From positions 1,497,303-1,561,302 of the forward strand of contig MU057640.1 of assembly GCA_013265495.1 (NCBI GenBank): DNA of 64,000 nucleotides, given 5' to 3'. The notes beneath the pieces are model-generated. The model was not told the origin of the DNA. It saw only the letters and a list, made by a program, of their open reading frames with translations, and did not search any database. Shown here piece after piece: positions 41,645 through 54,382 of the stretch. The position numbers and the translations under genes were made by a program. The stretch comes from Vicugna vicugna. Its lineage: Eukaryota. How positions within the stretch are numbered: the first letter of the stretch is position 1; every line of letters begins with the position of its first letter.

Positions 41645-42247
41645 ACGCAACAGACAAAGCCTTCTCTTAGCAACTGGCATCCTCTACAAAGGAAGAGCAG
41701 CAGCTGTGAAGAGAGAACCGTCCTGCAGCTGAGGGTCCCTGGAATTCACTTCTTCACATAGCTAATAAAAGCAGGCCATTCTTCGCATTGAGATGATTGG
41801 GGAAAACCAATTTCCGATTGCACAGCACAGCCAAATGAAGGAATGGAGTATATTTGCGACACAGTGTGGAGTACATGAATATTGTTCCAGAGAAGAAGCT
41901 GACAAAAACCTATTTGTAAGGGTCCCCACAGTACACTTCTCTTCGGAAAGTTCACAGAGCAATCCTGACCGAAACAGTCTTACTGACAATGAAGAAAGTT
42001 TTCTTTCAAATTTTGTGCCCAGAAAGTGGAAGATAAAAGAAAAACATGAATATTCGATCAAAATATCAGTTAAATAATTACGCTGCCAACTGATGATCAT
42101 TTTGGAAATCAGTATCATTCTTAATTTTAAGAAAACTTCAAAACACTTAGGACATTTACAATTTTTTTTTTAATTGTATTTCAGAATTACCATGGTGGAC
42201 AGTTGGCACTAGCATACGTACCACTTAGGAAAATACATCCTATTAAT

Positions 42248-43008
42248 TTTTTTTAATTTTTATTTATTGAAGTACAGTCAGTTACAATGTGTCAGTTTCT
42301 GGTGTACAGCACAATGTCCCAGTCATGCATATACATACGTGTATTCGTTTTCATATTGTTTTTCATTAAAGGTTATTACAAGGTATTAAACATAGTTCCC
42401 TGTGCTATACAGAAGAAATTTCTTTTTTTAATCTATTTTTTTATATAGTGGCTAACTAACATTTGTTAATCTCAAACTCCCAAATTTATCCCCTCCCTCC
42501 CCCTTTCCCCGGTAACCATAGATTGCTTACTATGTCTGCAAGTCTGTTTCTGTTTTGTAGATGAGTCTGTAGTGTTCCTACTTTTCTTTTTATAGACTGC
42601 ACATATAAGTGATTTCATAGGGCATGTTTCTTTTTCTTTCTGGCTTACTTCGTTTAGAATGACAATCTCTAAGTCCACCCATGTTGCTGCAAATGGAATT
42701 ATTTTATTCCTTTTCATGGCTGAGTAGTATTCCATTGTATAAATATACCACAGCTTCTTTATCCAGTCATCTGTTGATGGACATTTATGTTGCTTCCACG
42801 TCTTGGCTATTGTAAATAGTGCTGCCATGAACACTGGGGCACATATATCTTTTTGCACAAGAGTTCCTGCCAGATATATCCCCAGAAGTGGGACTGCTGG
42901 ATCATAGGGCAAGTCTATTTTTAGTTTTTTGAGGAATCTCCATACAGTTTTCCATAATGGCTGCACCAAACTGCATTCCCACCAGCACTGTAGGAGGGTT
43001 CCCTTTTC
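42248..43008 (-). mobile_element. 5'-truncated, relatively young L1 (ORF2 C-terminus and 3' UTR)
   Basis: ORF 42472-42969 reads [30 protein letters not shown]...[23 protein letters not shown] (ORF2p C-terminus). T-rich tail at 42248; TSD TACATCCTATTAAT (42234-42247) / TATGTCCTATCAAT (43009-43022). Confidence 0.95.
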
Positions 43009-43482
43009 TATGTCCTATCAATCTGAGTATTCACACTAGGAAAATCAGTGCCAGGGCAGAGGTGAAAAAATAAAATAAATAAATCTCTGGGAAAACATCT
43101 GTACAGATAAAACCACATAAGTTATGTATCTATTTCTATAAACCAAAATCACAATAATTCAGTAAAATAAACTGTCGATAATCGATAATGAAAGTAAAAT
43201 ACCAAAGGTGTTCATGTGTGTATGTCACACCCAAAACCTATCTCCCCCCATTAGCTTACAGTTTTGGCCCAGGCCACCATGCCCAAGATAAACTAACATT
43301 ACAATTGAGAGGGCAAAGCAAATCCAAATATTTCACTTTCTAGATATACGGACGATCAATCTGATTTTCAGGTTCAAACAACAGAGACCAAGGAAAGTAA
43401 ATGTAAGGTATCTGCACCAAAAGCCTTGATTCCATCATGCCCCGTTCATTTTCTTTCATTCGAAGAGCATTTATTGAGCGAT

Positions 43483-43800
43483 ATAGCAGAGGCCACTTGT
43501 TGGTGCCCAAAGTCCACTCTCCCCTCGTTCCTAACAGAACTCCAAATTTATCCGGGGGAAGCAAAGCAACTAACAGAAACACTACCTTCCACAGCCTCCC
43601 TTCCAGCTGGGTGTCCACGTGTCTAAGCGCAGGCCAATGAGACATAAGCACACGTGTTCTCAGAAAATGAAGCAAAGAAAGGTTACGTCAAGGGAGCTGA
43701 CTCTGTTCAAGATTTCACCCTTTCTTCTTTCTCCTTCCACCTCTCAGAATACGAATATGATGCTTCCAGTAGCCACCTTAGGCCTTAAGGATGCCTGCCC
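43483..43800 (+). mobile_element. MaLR LTR relic (MLT1J-like)
   Basis: cagcctcccttccagctgggtgtccacgtgtctaagcgcaggccaatgagacataagc resembles the MLT1J core. Confidence 0.65.
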
Positions 43801-44509
43801 AGAGTTTAAAGAGAAAGTCTCAGCAGTATTTCCTTACAGCTGCCATGTCCAGGGAAGTCGTGATCAAAGACACGGGCACTGCAGAGGCGGCATAACCATC
43901 TCTGATGCCGTTTTTGTCTCATTATTGCCACCAACAGTTTGGTGTCTGACACCTATGAATATAGACAGGCTTATACAACCCCTGAAAGAACGGGGCTTAA
44001 GGAACAGCACTAGCTTCCAAAGCAAGAACTTAATGTGCTTAAAGAAGAAACAGAACGTAAGAATCGCAAGTCCCTTCCCTGTTAATGCCTTTAATCTTCC
44101 GCTTAAGCGCCCACACACTGAGGATGGGGTGAGTGTGCGCCTGTCAGTCTCCTCCACTATCCTGGAAGAACTTAAAGACAAGGATTACTGTTGCTCACTT
44201 CAGCAGCTCTAGGACCCGGCATACACTGATAAATGTTAAATGAACAACTTGAAGTGGAAGAATACAGAGCTCCTAATTTAAGAGTCTTTCAGTGACAGAT
44301 AATTCTCTAGCTTCCAATTACGCCATGCTTTCTGCCAGAGGGCCTCCTCATTCAGGAAGGCAAAGCACAATGAAAAACCTGCCCAGATAAGGAGCCCTGC
44401 TTTTTACGGCCAGGATGTATGGTCCTCCCTACCTCATGTCTCCACAGTGGGTGCTGGAGAGCTCCAGTCTTCCCATCTCCCCTTCCTGCTCACCCATCCG
44501 CTGTCAGTC

Positions 44510-45000
44510 ACTACACAACGACTGAGCACCTGCTCTGCACCACACGCTATGCAGGGATGCCTGGTATAACTAATGACCAACACAAAGGAACCATCCTCAA
44601 GGAATCTATCATTCAGAAAAGCAAAAGAAAAGCACAGAAGCAAATACAACGCAACGTGGGAAAATGATGACTGTCCGCAATGCATGCTTCCTTGGAGGAG
44701 GCGGGGCACAGTTCGGATGGAGGGCTTTACTCTGATGATCTTGTTTATGCCAAACCATCACTGCTGGACTTCCTCTCTGTGATATGGGCAGCAGGGAGCA
44801 AGCCACTACACCAGTCAGGAGGTGATGGAGCAGAGGGGCAACAGCATGGAGGACACAAAAGGCTGAGCCGTGAAGTAAAACTTAAATCAACAGAATTTTC
44901 TCAAGTTGAAAAGTGTAGGCAGAACTTTTCATACAGAGAATGAACCAGGCAGAAACATCCAGAGGCAAGAAAGACCACAGTTCATCAGAAGGGTGAGGCA
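44510..45000 (-). mobile_element. L2 fragment
   Basis: actgagcacctgctctgcacc...cctcaaggaatctatcattc resembles a reverse L2 3' end. Confidence 0.5.
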
Positions 45001-45273
45001 GAATTTGCTCCTGCATCAGTGAACAGAGCTACCCAAAGCAGTTTTTAACACCTGAGGGATTGAGTGTTCATGACTTATAGCTGCTCCGGAAGGAAGACAG
45101 ATCTGATGACTTTTCATAAATATTTCTAAATCACGTGCCTCTAGGAAAGGCATGAAAGAATTTCTTAATCTAAAGCAGGTAATATCAATCCTGCTTTAAG
45201 GCCAGATTATTAATATTTATAATTTTAAAAGATCACTTACTAGAGAGTAATAAAAGGACATTAAAAATTTTAT

Positions 45274-45378
45274 GGGGGGTGGGGAATAGCTCAATGGTAG
45301 AGCCTGTGCCTAGCATGCACGAGGCCCTGGGTTCAATCCCCAGTACCTCCATGAAAAAAAAAAAGGAAAAAAAAAAAA
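45274..45378 (+). mobile_element. Vic-1-like tRNA-Ala-derived SINE (short form: tRNA part plus A tail)
   Basis: tagctcaatggtagagcctgtgcctagcatgcacgaggccctgggttcaatccccagtacctcca followed by poly-A; TSD unclear. Confidence 0.88.
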
Positions 45379-45542
45379 GAAAATCATAAAAAACCAGAAT
45401 TTTAGAAAAGCATAGTAGTAGATTGGAAAAAAAATTCCCCAGACTGAAATATTTCTTTAAAATATCCCTACATGACACACTTCCCTTTCAATTTTGAAAA
45501 GATGGTTGGGTAGATTCATGATTTAAAAACAAAGCTTGCATT

Positions 45543-45900
45543 TGGTGGCACAGAGTCAACTCTTTCAGATCTGATTTCCACTCCCCTCCCCTTCTGCTTT
45601 AGTCATAGAAATCTGGTTTTAATGGGGCTGGCAACGTGCTCACATAAACACCACACTTGAGCCTTGCCGAAGACAGCAGTGGCGAGTACAAGTCAGTTGG
45701 GTGGATATTCCAGAGAGCTCCTCTGCTGCTTCCCTCTCCCCTCCTCCCACAGATGTGTTGGCTGGAGCCCCAAGAGCATCCTGTGGTTCGGTGGATGGAA
45801 GCCTCATGCATAGGATGCTGAAAGCTGGAAGGACCCCGAGACCCCCCCAGTGATGTGGGAGAGCCACCATCCCTAAGCAGTTTCCCTACAGACATTTCAC
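45543..45900 (+). mobile_element. MaLR LTR relic (MLT1-like)
   Basis: ccccttctgctttagtcatagaaatctggttttaatggggctggcaacgtgctca...gctggagccccaagagcatcctgtg resembles MLT1K/L. Confidence 0.55.
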
Positions 45901-46989
45901 ATGCGCAAATCAAACCCTGTTTAATTAGGTCCCTGTTCCTACGAGACAAAAACACCAATTTCACTGCAGATGCTAGTGAATATTTAAAGTATACACGGTA
46001 AGACTGGGCAAAAAGCAGTTTCAACAATATTTACAGTATTAAAACCTATTTCATGATTCACTGTCCTTTTTCATCTAAATCACACATTCCACGTCCTTAT
46101 TAAACAACCTTTTAAATCAAAATAAATATTTTCCTTTTCGTTTTCTCCCTTTGGAAACAAGACATCTGGATTTTAAAATATCTGATCTACTCTCAGAGCT
46201 GACTGGGAGAGCGAGTGGGGCCAGCAGAACAATCGGGAGAGGAGGCATGCTGGGCAGTGGGCAGCGGGGACTGGAAAGTTAGAACACTGATAACACAGCA
46301 CAACCCAAGCTGTTTACCAGAGGTTCTTTTTGTTTTGCAAACCAGGCGAATTGTTAAGTAAGAGTCAATTTGGGGGTCTTTGATCTAAACTAATCTCTGG
46401 CAGTCACTGCCTACTGTCATAGATTCATGCTGAGATTTAAAATATAACAGCATTCTTACTCTACTTGATACCCCTGTCATGTTCTTTTTAAAAGGTATGG
46501 TTGCTATACAGCAACTTGCCTGACACAGGCGAGACACACACAATTTATTTTTATGGAAATGGTATTGCACCCCCTCCTCCACCCCCTGCCACCAAAATAG
46601 CTAAAGGATTATGTGCAACGGATTATGCCTAACACAAACAGAGTAATGCCACGGGGCTGAGGAGGGGTGGGGGAGAGGACCCCCGCCTTTGGGTGGGATC
46701 AGAAATTTACTGGTAGTAGAAAAGTCAGCATCACTTCTCCATTTTAACTCAAGGTACACTTTTTGTTTAAAGCTAGAAACAAAATCCAAATGAAGAAACT
46801 AAACAGAAAATAATCTAGTTTCACTTTTCGCTCTGTTCACTTCTTTAGAAAAAGAGTATTCCTTTCTCTTTCAAATATTTTTGCCAAACTAACAACAAGC
46901 TTATGGTCAAGTCACCACCACCTGACAACCGTGGAATTCCTGCTGTCTGTTGACTCATTGCACAAATATCAGTTTTCTTTTATGGGCAA

Positions 46990-47200
46990 AATGGCATAGG
47001 GAAATGTACGTAATGTCTAGAGTCAAACCTGGATTTGAATCCTGGTTCTAACAATTACTAACTGTAGGTAAAACCCTGGGCAGACGAATTTTCCCCCCTC
47101 TGACCTCAGTTCCTATAAAACTAAATTAATACAATCATTCTCTTCCCAGCATTATGGGAAAAATTAATGCTAATGTATATATTAGGCATTTTATAGCTAT
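46990..47200 (+). mobile_element. MIR SINE
   Basis: tctagagtcaaacctggatttgaatcctggttct...ctctgacctcagttcct is the MIR core. Confidence 0.7.
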
Positions 47201-47479
47201 TAATATGATACTAATGACAAGAAAGGCTTTATTTAACTATCAAAGATAAAGTAAGATATGAAAAAATTAAATTTTAAAACAAGCTAACTAAAAGCACCAA
47301 GTAATATAAAAAAATTAGAGACAGAGTCGCTTTTGAGTCATCGAGTCCTCTCTGCCCCTGCCTGGAACACTGCAAGTAATGGGAACTCATTTCCTCAAAA
47401 GGCAGCTCCATCATTCACGCAACATTGCATTAACACACCCTGAGGGGAGTATCCACCCTGTGTCAGTTTCTGTATCAGG

Positions 47480-47940
47480 CTTGAGGAAACAGATAATTAA
47501 GACATGGTTCCCTGCTCTCAAGGAATTCACAGCTCCCTCACATGGACAGACAAATACAACACAGTGACAGGCAAGAGAGAGGTAAGCACAAAGAACTACC
47601 GGAGTGCAGAGGTGGAACACACCGCCCAACCTAGGGTGTCGGAAGGAAGGAAGGAGTAGAAAGAGAAGTGTTGAAAGGGATCAGCACCCTGAAGTAAGAG
47701 GCAGCATGGTGCATCAGAAGTACCAAGTTCAAAGCAGGGGGTGGCAGACGATGGGTGGAAGACCACGTGAATAACCCTGGACCGTCTCCCACAGGCTGTG
47801 AGGAGCCCTGGAAATGTTTTAAGCAGGAGAGTGACATGGTTGGACATGTTTTTTGCACAGAAATCATGGTGATAAGGTGTCAAGTGAACAGTATGTATAC
47901 AGGGACAGAATGGGATGGTACACCGTAGTCTAGATAAGCA
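47480..47940 (-). mobile_element. L2 fragment
   Basis: agacatggttccctgctctcaaggaattcacag...ttttaagcaggagagtgacatgg is a reverse L2 signature. Confidence 0.7.
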
Positions 47941-48476
47941 AAACTAAGGCTACAGAGTTAGAATCCATATTTTGAGCTCATCTAAGCTGTCAGAAGATTT
48001 TCGAAGGAATGACAATCAAGCTGGGCCTTCCTTGTTTCTGTAGAGCTCTTGTATATATGTAATCTCCCAACAATATCAATGGCTCCAGGAAAGTAGAATC
48101 AGGTGGTCTGCTTTTAAATTCTCATTAAGCGTGGTACAATGTGAGTGAAAGGTGAATGCGAGGACATTTTCATAGAGAATGTGCAGCTTCACTGGAAGAT
48201 ACCACAGAGAACATTCCCCACTCTCAGTTCCACATCCAAATGCCTCTACTTACAATCAATTGTTATTAACAGAAATAAAAATCAAATCTCAAAACACTGA
48301 CCATAAGCCTACATGATGTGGGTAAACTATGATCTAAGTTAAGTGTTAACATTTAGGTAAAGGATAAAATTCTGATGGCTCCCAAACTTTGACCACTTTT
48401 AAGACTTTTCCCCTTAATGACTTTTAGTATGTCTTTGGCCTCTAACTATAAGGTCACTTAATCAAAAAGAGAGCAA

Positions 48477-48649
48477 GGTGGGGGAGGGTATAACTCAGTG
48501 GTATAGTACATGCTTAGCATGCATCAGGTCCTGGGGATCAAACCCAGGACCTCTGTTAAATAAACAAGCACACACACACAATTACCTCCTTCCCCCACCA
48601 AAAAAGAAATTATTTAAAAAAAAAAAAAAAGCATGGACTTTAAAAAAAG
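48477..48649 (+). mobile_element. Vic-1-like SINE with extended composite tail
   Basis: tRNA-Ala-like body (taactcagtggtatagtacatgcttagcatgcatcaggtcctgg). 13 bp TSD AAAAAGAGAGCAA at 48464-48476 and 48650-48662. Confidence 0.88.
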
Positions 48650-49454
48650 AAAAAGAGAGCAAAACGACTCTGGGAGTATTGAAAAAGGACCTTATCTGTG
48701 CTTTGTTATCAGCTGCAACTGTTTGTAAAGGAAGAAGACCACACAAGTTGCCTGGCTGACTCTGAGTTGGCTGCTGCCTGTACAGTCACAAAGAAAAATG
48801 TGTGTAAACATGAACATTCAGGCACAAATATCCATCTGGACAGGATGTTAACACCGTTCCTCAATTCCTAAAAGGGTCTTATTTTCTCTTAGAAGTAGAA
48901 AATCACCCAACTGGTTTAAGAGCACTTTAATTAATTTGGGTGTGAGAAACAGAAGACGGAGAGGAGGAGTCATCTCTTAAACATAAAGAGGACCCATCTC
49001 CATGAGGTCATCGAGAAGTTTAAAAGATTAAGCATATTATCCAGATGAAAAGAGTACCAAATTCTTACTTCTTTAAACCACAACCCACCTGAGTCTTCCT
49101 TTGGATTCAGTCCCCTGGCACTGAATTAGTGGCACAATTCTACTGAGGACACGTACTCAGGAAAAGGGTGGTGATAAAAAGTGGTTACTGACACCAAGCT
49201 GACGTGGGGGAAAACTGGCAGAAGAAATGTTCGGACGACATAATGAATCATAAACCTGAGACTGTTCAGATTCTTTCTTTGGTTTAAGTTGGATAATCAC
49301 AAAACCCAGCCCATGATTTTAAAGCTCCTAGATACCTAGTCAAAAAGGCTCTTTACACTTCCAAAATGTATAGTTAATTTTTAGTATTTAATTTGGACTT
49401 CTCAATCCTTTCCTTCCAAGAATTTTGCCCCATTCTACTAGGCAGTCTTACAGC

Positions 49455-49660
49455 TGAAAGGTTAAGAGCAGAGCAAGGCTCCAGAACGAGATCACGTGAA
49501 TTCCATCGGAAGCGCTTGGCTCCTCTGTGCCTGGGTCCTCTCCGGTCAATCAGGACCAACCTCACAGGGTTCTTGAAAGGACGACGGGATAACCCACGCG
49601 AGGTGCTCAGCACAGACTCTGGTACAGAGCTCCACATACACACCCAGCTGTTACTAGTCT
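49455..49660 (+). mobile_element. MIR SINE, GC/CpG-enriched
   Basis: ggttaagagc...cctctgtgcct...acctcacagggttcttg...gtgctcagcacag follows MIR order. Confidence 0.7.
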
Positions 49661-49677
49661 TAAATAATAAAAACATG

Positions 49678-49723
49678 GCAAGCACTAGGCGAGGCAGTAT
49701 GCAAGCACTAGGCGAGGCAGTAT
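49678..49723. repeat. Perfect 23 bp tandem duplication (GCAAGCACTAGGCGAGGCAGTAT x2)
   Basis: Directly visible. Confidence 0.95.
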
Positions 49724-50728
49724 TCAAGCCCTCAAGACTTGAATATTTTCTGGGAAACAAATGCTAAAAGCATAAAAACGCCAATAATCATCATCACTAT
49801 GATATATCTATAAAGGGAGATCATAGGATTTTTCAACTGTCCTCCTTCCTATATTACTGTCATTTTCTATAATTCAAATGCCACATGAGTTATTCTTAAT
49901 TACCTTAAACTTGGCCATTCTACTTGTCTACTACATCCTGCTGTGATCCCATTAACATGGCCTCCTGGGGTTGATTTCCAGAGACTTATGATCCCCTATG
50001 CTTGATTCCTCCCTCACTAATTCTTAATGAATTTCTACTAACAAACAATTACTTAAAATAAATTAGCTAATTTCTAGACCATGTAGTTGTTTCCACTAGG
50101 AATCCACTGAGTTGTATTTGCTTTTCACCAGCTGTCTAGATAATTATATTTAGTCCACATTTTTCAAAGTCAGTAGCGAATGAATATGTTAATAATTAGC
50201 GTCTCTTTTTTGGACACCCCTAAATCCTCGAATTCCTCTTAAAGCTTATGCAAGGGGTTCAGGATGAAGATGAATTAACTCACATCATGGAGGCAACTCA
50301 GTAACTGGATATTGAGGGTTTAAAATCAGATAATTACTGATGTAAAAAAGGTAAGAGCTACAAGGTAAACTGCATAGTGAAGGACAGCGGGCTTCCCAGG
50401 TGCATCCAGGTGCCTTTTGGCAACGAAAATCCAATGATACTAAACATAAATCTGCATGTGGTACTAAAATGTTTACCTCAAATCGTTAATTTTTTAGTAA
50501 GGAGGAGGAGCCAAAGAGACCACTGTAATCTTAGCACAGAATTTCCACAGAACTGGAAGGCTTTCAGTCTGTTCTCATATTTACAAATGTAAGTCAATTC
50601 AGCCAAGATAATATGACTTAAAAAAAAAAAAGTCTAGGGAAACTATTGTCCACGCGATAGCTATCGTTCTAAGATGTCTGTGACTCGCCCAAAACAATTC
50701 TCCGGATTTTGTACTGAAAAACAACACA

Positions 50729-52657
50729 GAGGGGTACTGGTTCCAGGTAGGATGAAGGAAGCAGCCTCCATCCATTCCAGCTGTAACACCTGGATAGAAT
50801 ATAAGCAGCAGCTATTTGAGGGCTCTGAAAAATAAACGATGGCAGCTGGCTGAACAGGGGAGAAGAGCAAAACTCAAAGTACCACCAAATCAGTGATGAA
50901 TTTCTCCGAATTCTCTTCCAAAATCCCCCAACCTGGACCCAAGGCAACCAGACACGAGGAAGCGAGCACCAGAATGCAGACGGGGGAGGAAATCCACAAA
51001 TCCTCGGTGTTCTAGCTTAAGCGGGAAAGGGGATTCCTAACCCTGGAGAGAGTAGGGGAAATTCCCCATTTTTCTTTTTTTCTCTCACAAGGTGGTGACA
51101 AGCAAAGGGGACCACAGTCAGCTAAACCTCTGAGGGAAAGGAACCTTCTTTCCTCCCTGATCAGGGGAGCTATGGCTCTCAAGATGTAGGGGCAAACGTT
51201 CTGTTGCTTTTTTGCTCTCTGCCTGCCTGCCTCTTGGTCCAAAGTGAAGGCAGTCACGAAATTGCACTGCCCCAGTCTAAAGCCCCATCTCTGTGTCTGC
51301 AGGACTTAAAAAAGGGAACCTCAGGCAAACAGAAAATACTGTAGAAATCAACCCACACAAATACAGTCAGCTGATTTTTAGCCAAGATGCACAGGCAATT
51401 CAAAGGAGAAAAGACTGTCTTTCCAACAAAAGGTGCTGGAACAATCAGACATCCATATGCAAAATAAGGAACCTTGACTGCAACCTCAGACCTTATATAA
51501 CTATTAATTCAAAATCTATGGCATAGATCTAAATGTGAAATGTGAAACTACAAAGCTTTTGGAACAAAGCATAAAGAACAATCTTTATGACCTGGTGTTA
51601 TAAAGGCAAAAAATCCTTGAAAATTACACACAAAGCACGATCCATTAAAAACATAAACTGCACTTCTTCAAAATTAAAAATTCTTGCTCTGAGAAAGACA
51701 CTATTAATAAAGAATGAAAAAAATAAGGTGCAGACTGGGGAAAATATTTGCAAATTACATATACAGCAAAGGATTTGTATCCAGAATAGGTTAAAAACAA
51801 AAATAAAACAAAACAAAAAAAACTCTGAAAACTAAACCAGCAAAAGAACCAACCCGATTAAAAAATGGGCAAAAGACAGACTGTTCACTGAAAAGGATGT
51901 ACAAATGGCTGTAAATAAGCTTCAAGTAATAAGCACATGAAAAAACGTTCACCATTACTAGCCATTATGGAAATGCAAATTAAAATGAGAGATACCACTA
52001 CACACCTGTTAGAATGGTTAAAATTAATAATATTGACAATACCAAGAGCTGACAAACGATGCCAAGCTCCTGAAAATCTCTCTCATACATTTCTGGTAGG
52101 AATGCAGATTGATACAGTTAACTCTGGAAAATGGTTTGAAATTTCCTTAAAAAGTTAAATGTATACCTACAATATAATCTAGCCATTGGACTCATAGGTA
52201 CTTCCCAAAGAGAAAGGAAAGCATATGTTTATGCAAAGACTTACACACAAAGGTTCATAGTAGCTTTATTTGTAAAACCTAAAAACTAGAAAAACCGAAA
52301 TGGTTCTCAGTGGGTTAATGGATACACACAGTGGAATCCTACTTAGCAATTAAAAGGAACATACTATTGACACCCACAACATGGAAGAATTTCAAAGGCA
52401 TCATACTGAGTGAAAGAAGAGCGTCAAAGATTACATGCTGTATGCTTCCATTTAAATGACATCTTTGCAAAGACAAAACTATAGGGATGCAGAACACATC
52501 CGTGGTTGCCAGGATTTAGGGGTGGGAGGAGAATGAGGGGATGGAACAGTTGTGGGCATAGTTATACAAATCTATACATGTGTTAAAATCCATAGAATTA
52601 CACACCATAAAAAAGGGCAATTTATTTTTACTTCATGTTAATTTTTTTAACCAATGT
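50729..52657 (+). mobile_element. Old L1 (L1M4/L1MC-type): 5' UTR joined to distal ORF2 and 3' UTR
   Basis: 50729-51335 resembles a recalled L1M4-type 5' end. From ~51340 the translation EINPHKYSQLIFSQDAQAIQRRKDCLSNKRCWNN is ORF2p-like. Possible TSD AAAAACAACACA (50717-50728) / AAAAATAACTCA (52658-52669). Confidence 0.8.
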
Positions 52658-54382
52658 AAAAATAACTCAAATTTACAGTAACACCTTCTGTGCATATTGC
52701 CACAGAAATGAATTTTAAAGACAATGGGACAATGGAGCAATGTACTATTAAGTATTGTTTAAAGAACATTTAAAAAGATACCACAAAATCATCTCTTCCC
52801 AAAGTTAACTGCTCAGCCACCAAAAAAAAAAAAAAAAAGTGTCTGGTTAACAGCCAGACAGCCAATATTCAATAGAGCCCAACACTGCTAGTCATTTAAG
52901 CACCTGGCTTTTGAGATGTTGATGTTACAAAGCAGGTGAAGCAACAGGGAAACAGATGCATGAACTCAGAATCATCTGAAGTTTGTCCCCTACAATCCAG
53001 CCTCACCCTCTGTCTCCACAGGACCCCACACACCTTCTCCACTTCCTCAGCAGGAAGCACTCAATGCACATATAGTTTGTTTTAAAAGCCGAAGAGCACG
53101 TGTCCCAAAGGAAAAGGTCAAGGAATCCAGTTTCATGGAGAGCATCTGCACTCTGTCAGCACGACCACCACAAAGGCGTGACACCTCCCCAGTGTGCCTG
53201 AAACTGAGCCCAGTTTCCATAGGCCTCCTGTGAGAACTGAGGCTGTACCCAACCGAGCGAGTGCAGGGAAGAGCCACTCTCAACTCAGCCGAAATGAGCC
53301 AACCCAGGTTGGTAAATGGTAAGATCACTCTCTGCGACACATCTCTGCACGCCTTCTGTCCGCCGGAAACAGAGTAACAGGAAATAACAAGGAAAAACAA
53401 TGACAACCACCAAAAGGGCAATGCAGATTCTCCCGTTCCCACCGCGCTGATGCTGTTTCCTCTTCAAGGATGCTCTGCGTGATGTAGCATCGGCCATTCA
53501 ACGGCATTAAATAATCACAGATGTGTTGCTTTACAAAGTATTCTTAAATAGAATTTTTACTTTCATGATGAAGCTATGGATAATTTTTTTTCTTTCTTTT
53601 CTTCTCAAAGGTTCCCTACACTGAAACATTAAAACAGTTGAATCCCGTCTTCAACTCCTAACATAATTTGCCATAAATGATGACTGTGGGCATGATGTCT
53701 TCATTTTTAATATTCTTAGGGAAATCCTACTTTTTAAAGGTTCTATCTAATACCCCACCATCACCACCAAAAAAAGCGAGGCAGGGGATGGTTAAGAGAC
53801 ACTAAACATTCAGATAACACTGCTCTCAGCAATTATTACAAAAATAATTCAGTTACAAACAAATAAAAAGTCCGGTTATTTTTAAATGAGGGAGACTCTT
53901 CCTTGATTTCTGTTCACCTTGCTTGAGAACAGAGCACAGGAACAGATGAACAGTTAGTAAGCCTGCGCTGAGTCTCATATTTTCAAGCCTGAAGTATATA
54001 CTACATTATTCTTTAGAAAGTGGTACTTCTTGGGGTTCTTTGAGACACGTGCTTAAAAAGAATCACCCGACTGTACATTACTGAACCTGGACTCATGCAC
54101 AGGTCGTGCTGCTCTTTGCTAGATGTCAAAAGTGAAAGGTTAAATCAACTACACTTCAGTTTAAACTTTTTTTTGTTGTTTAAAAAGTGAAAGGTGATGT
54201 CCAGTGGCTCCACCACAGCACTGCTCTCCTCTCTGCTGCCTAGGATGCTATTACTTCTGAGTCTCCGTAGCCAGAAAAGATGTCCCGCATTCAAAATAAA
54301 ACCAAAGTGCAGAATTTCACACACGCACTCAATATTTTTTAAAATAAAACTCACTCATGTTACATGATTTGAACCCTAAACG

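Noticed and set aside
42472..42969. 165 aa ORF with real protein similarity
   Set aside because: It is the LINE-1 ORF2p C-terminus within a 5'-truncated insertion, not a host gene.
43619..44212. Longest ORF in the track (197 aa)
   Set aside because: Non-ATG start inside an MLT1 relic, no recognisable domain; consistent with chance.
6167..47340. Scattered AP-1 sites (TGAGTCA/TGACTCA)
   Set aside because: About the number expected by chance for a 7-mer in 64 kb, and not clustered.
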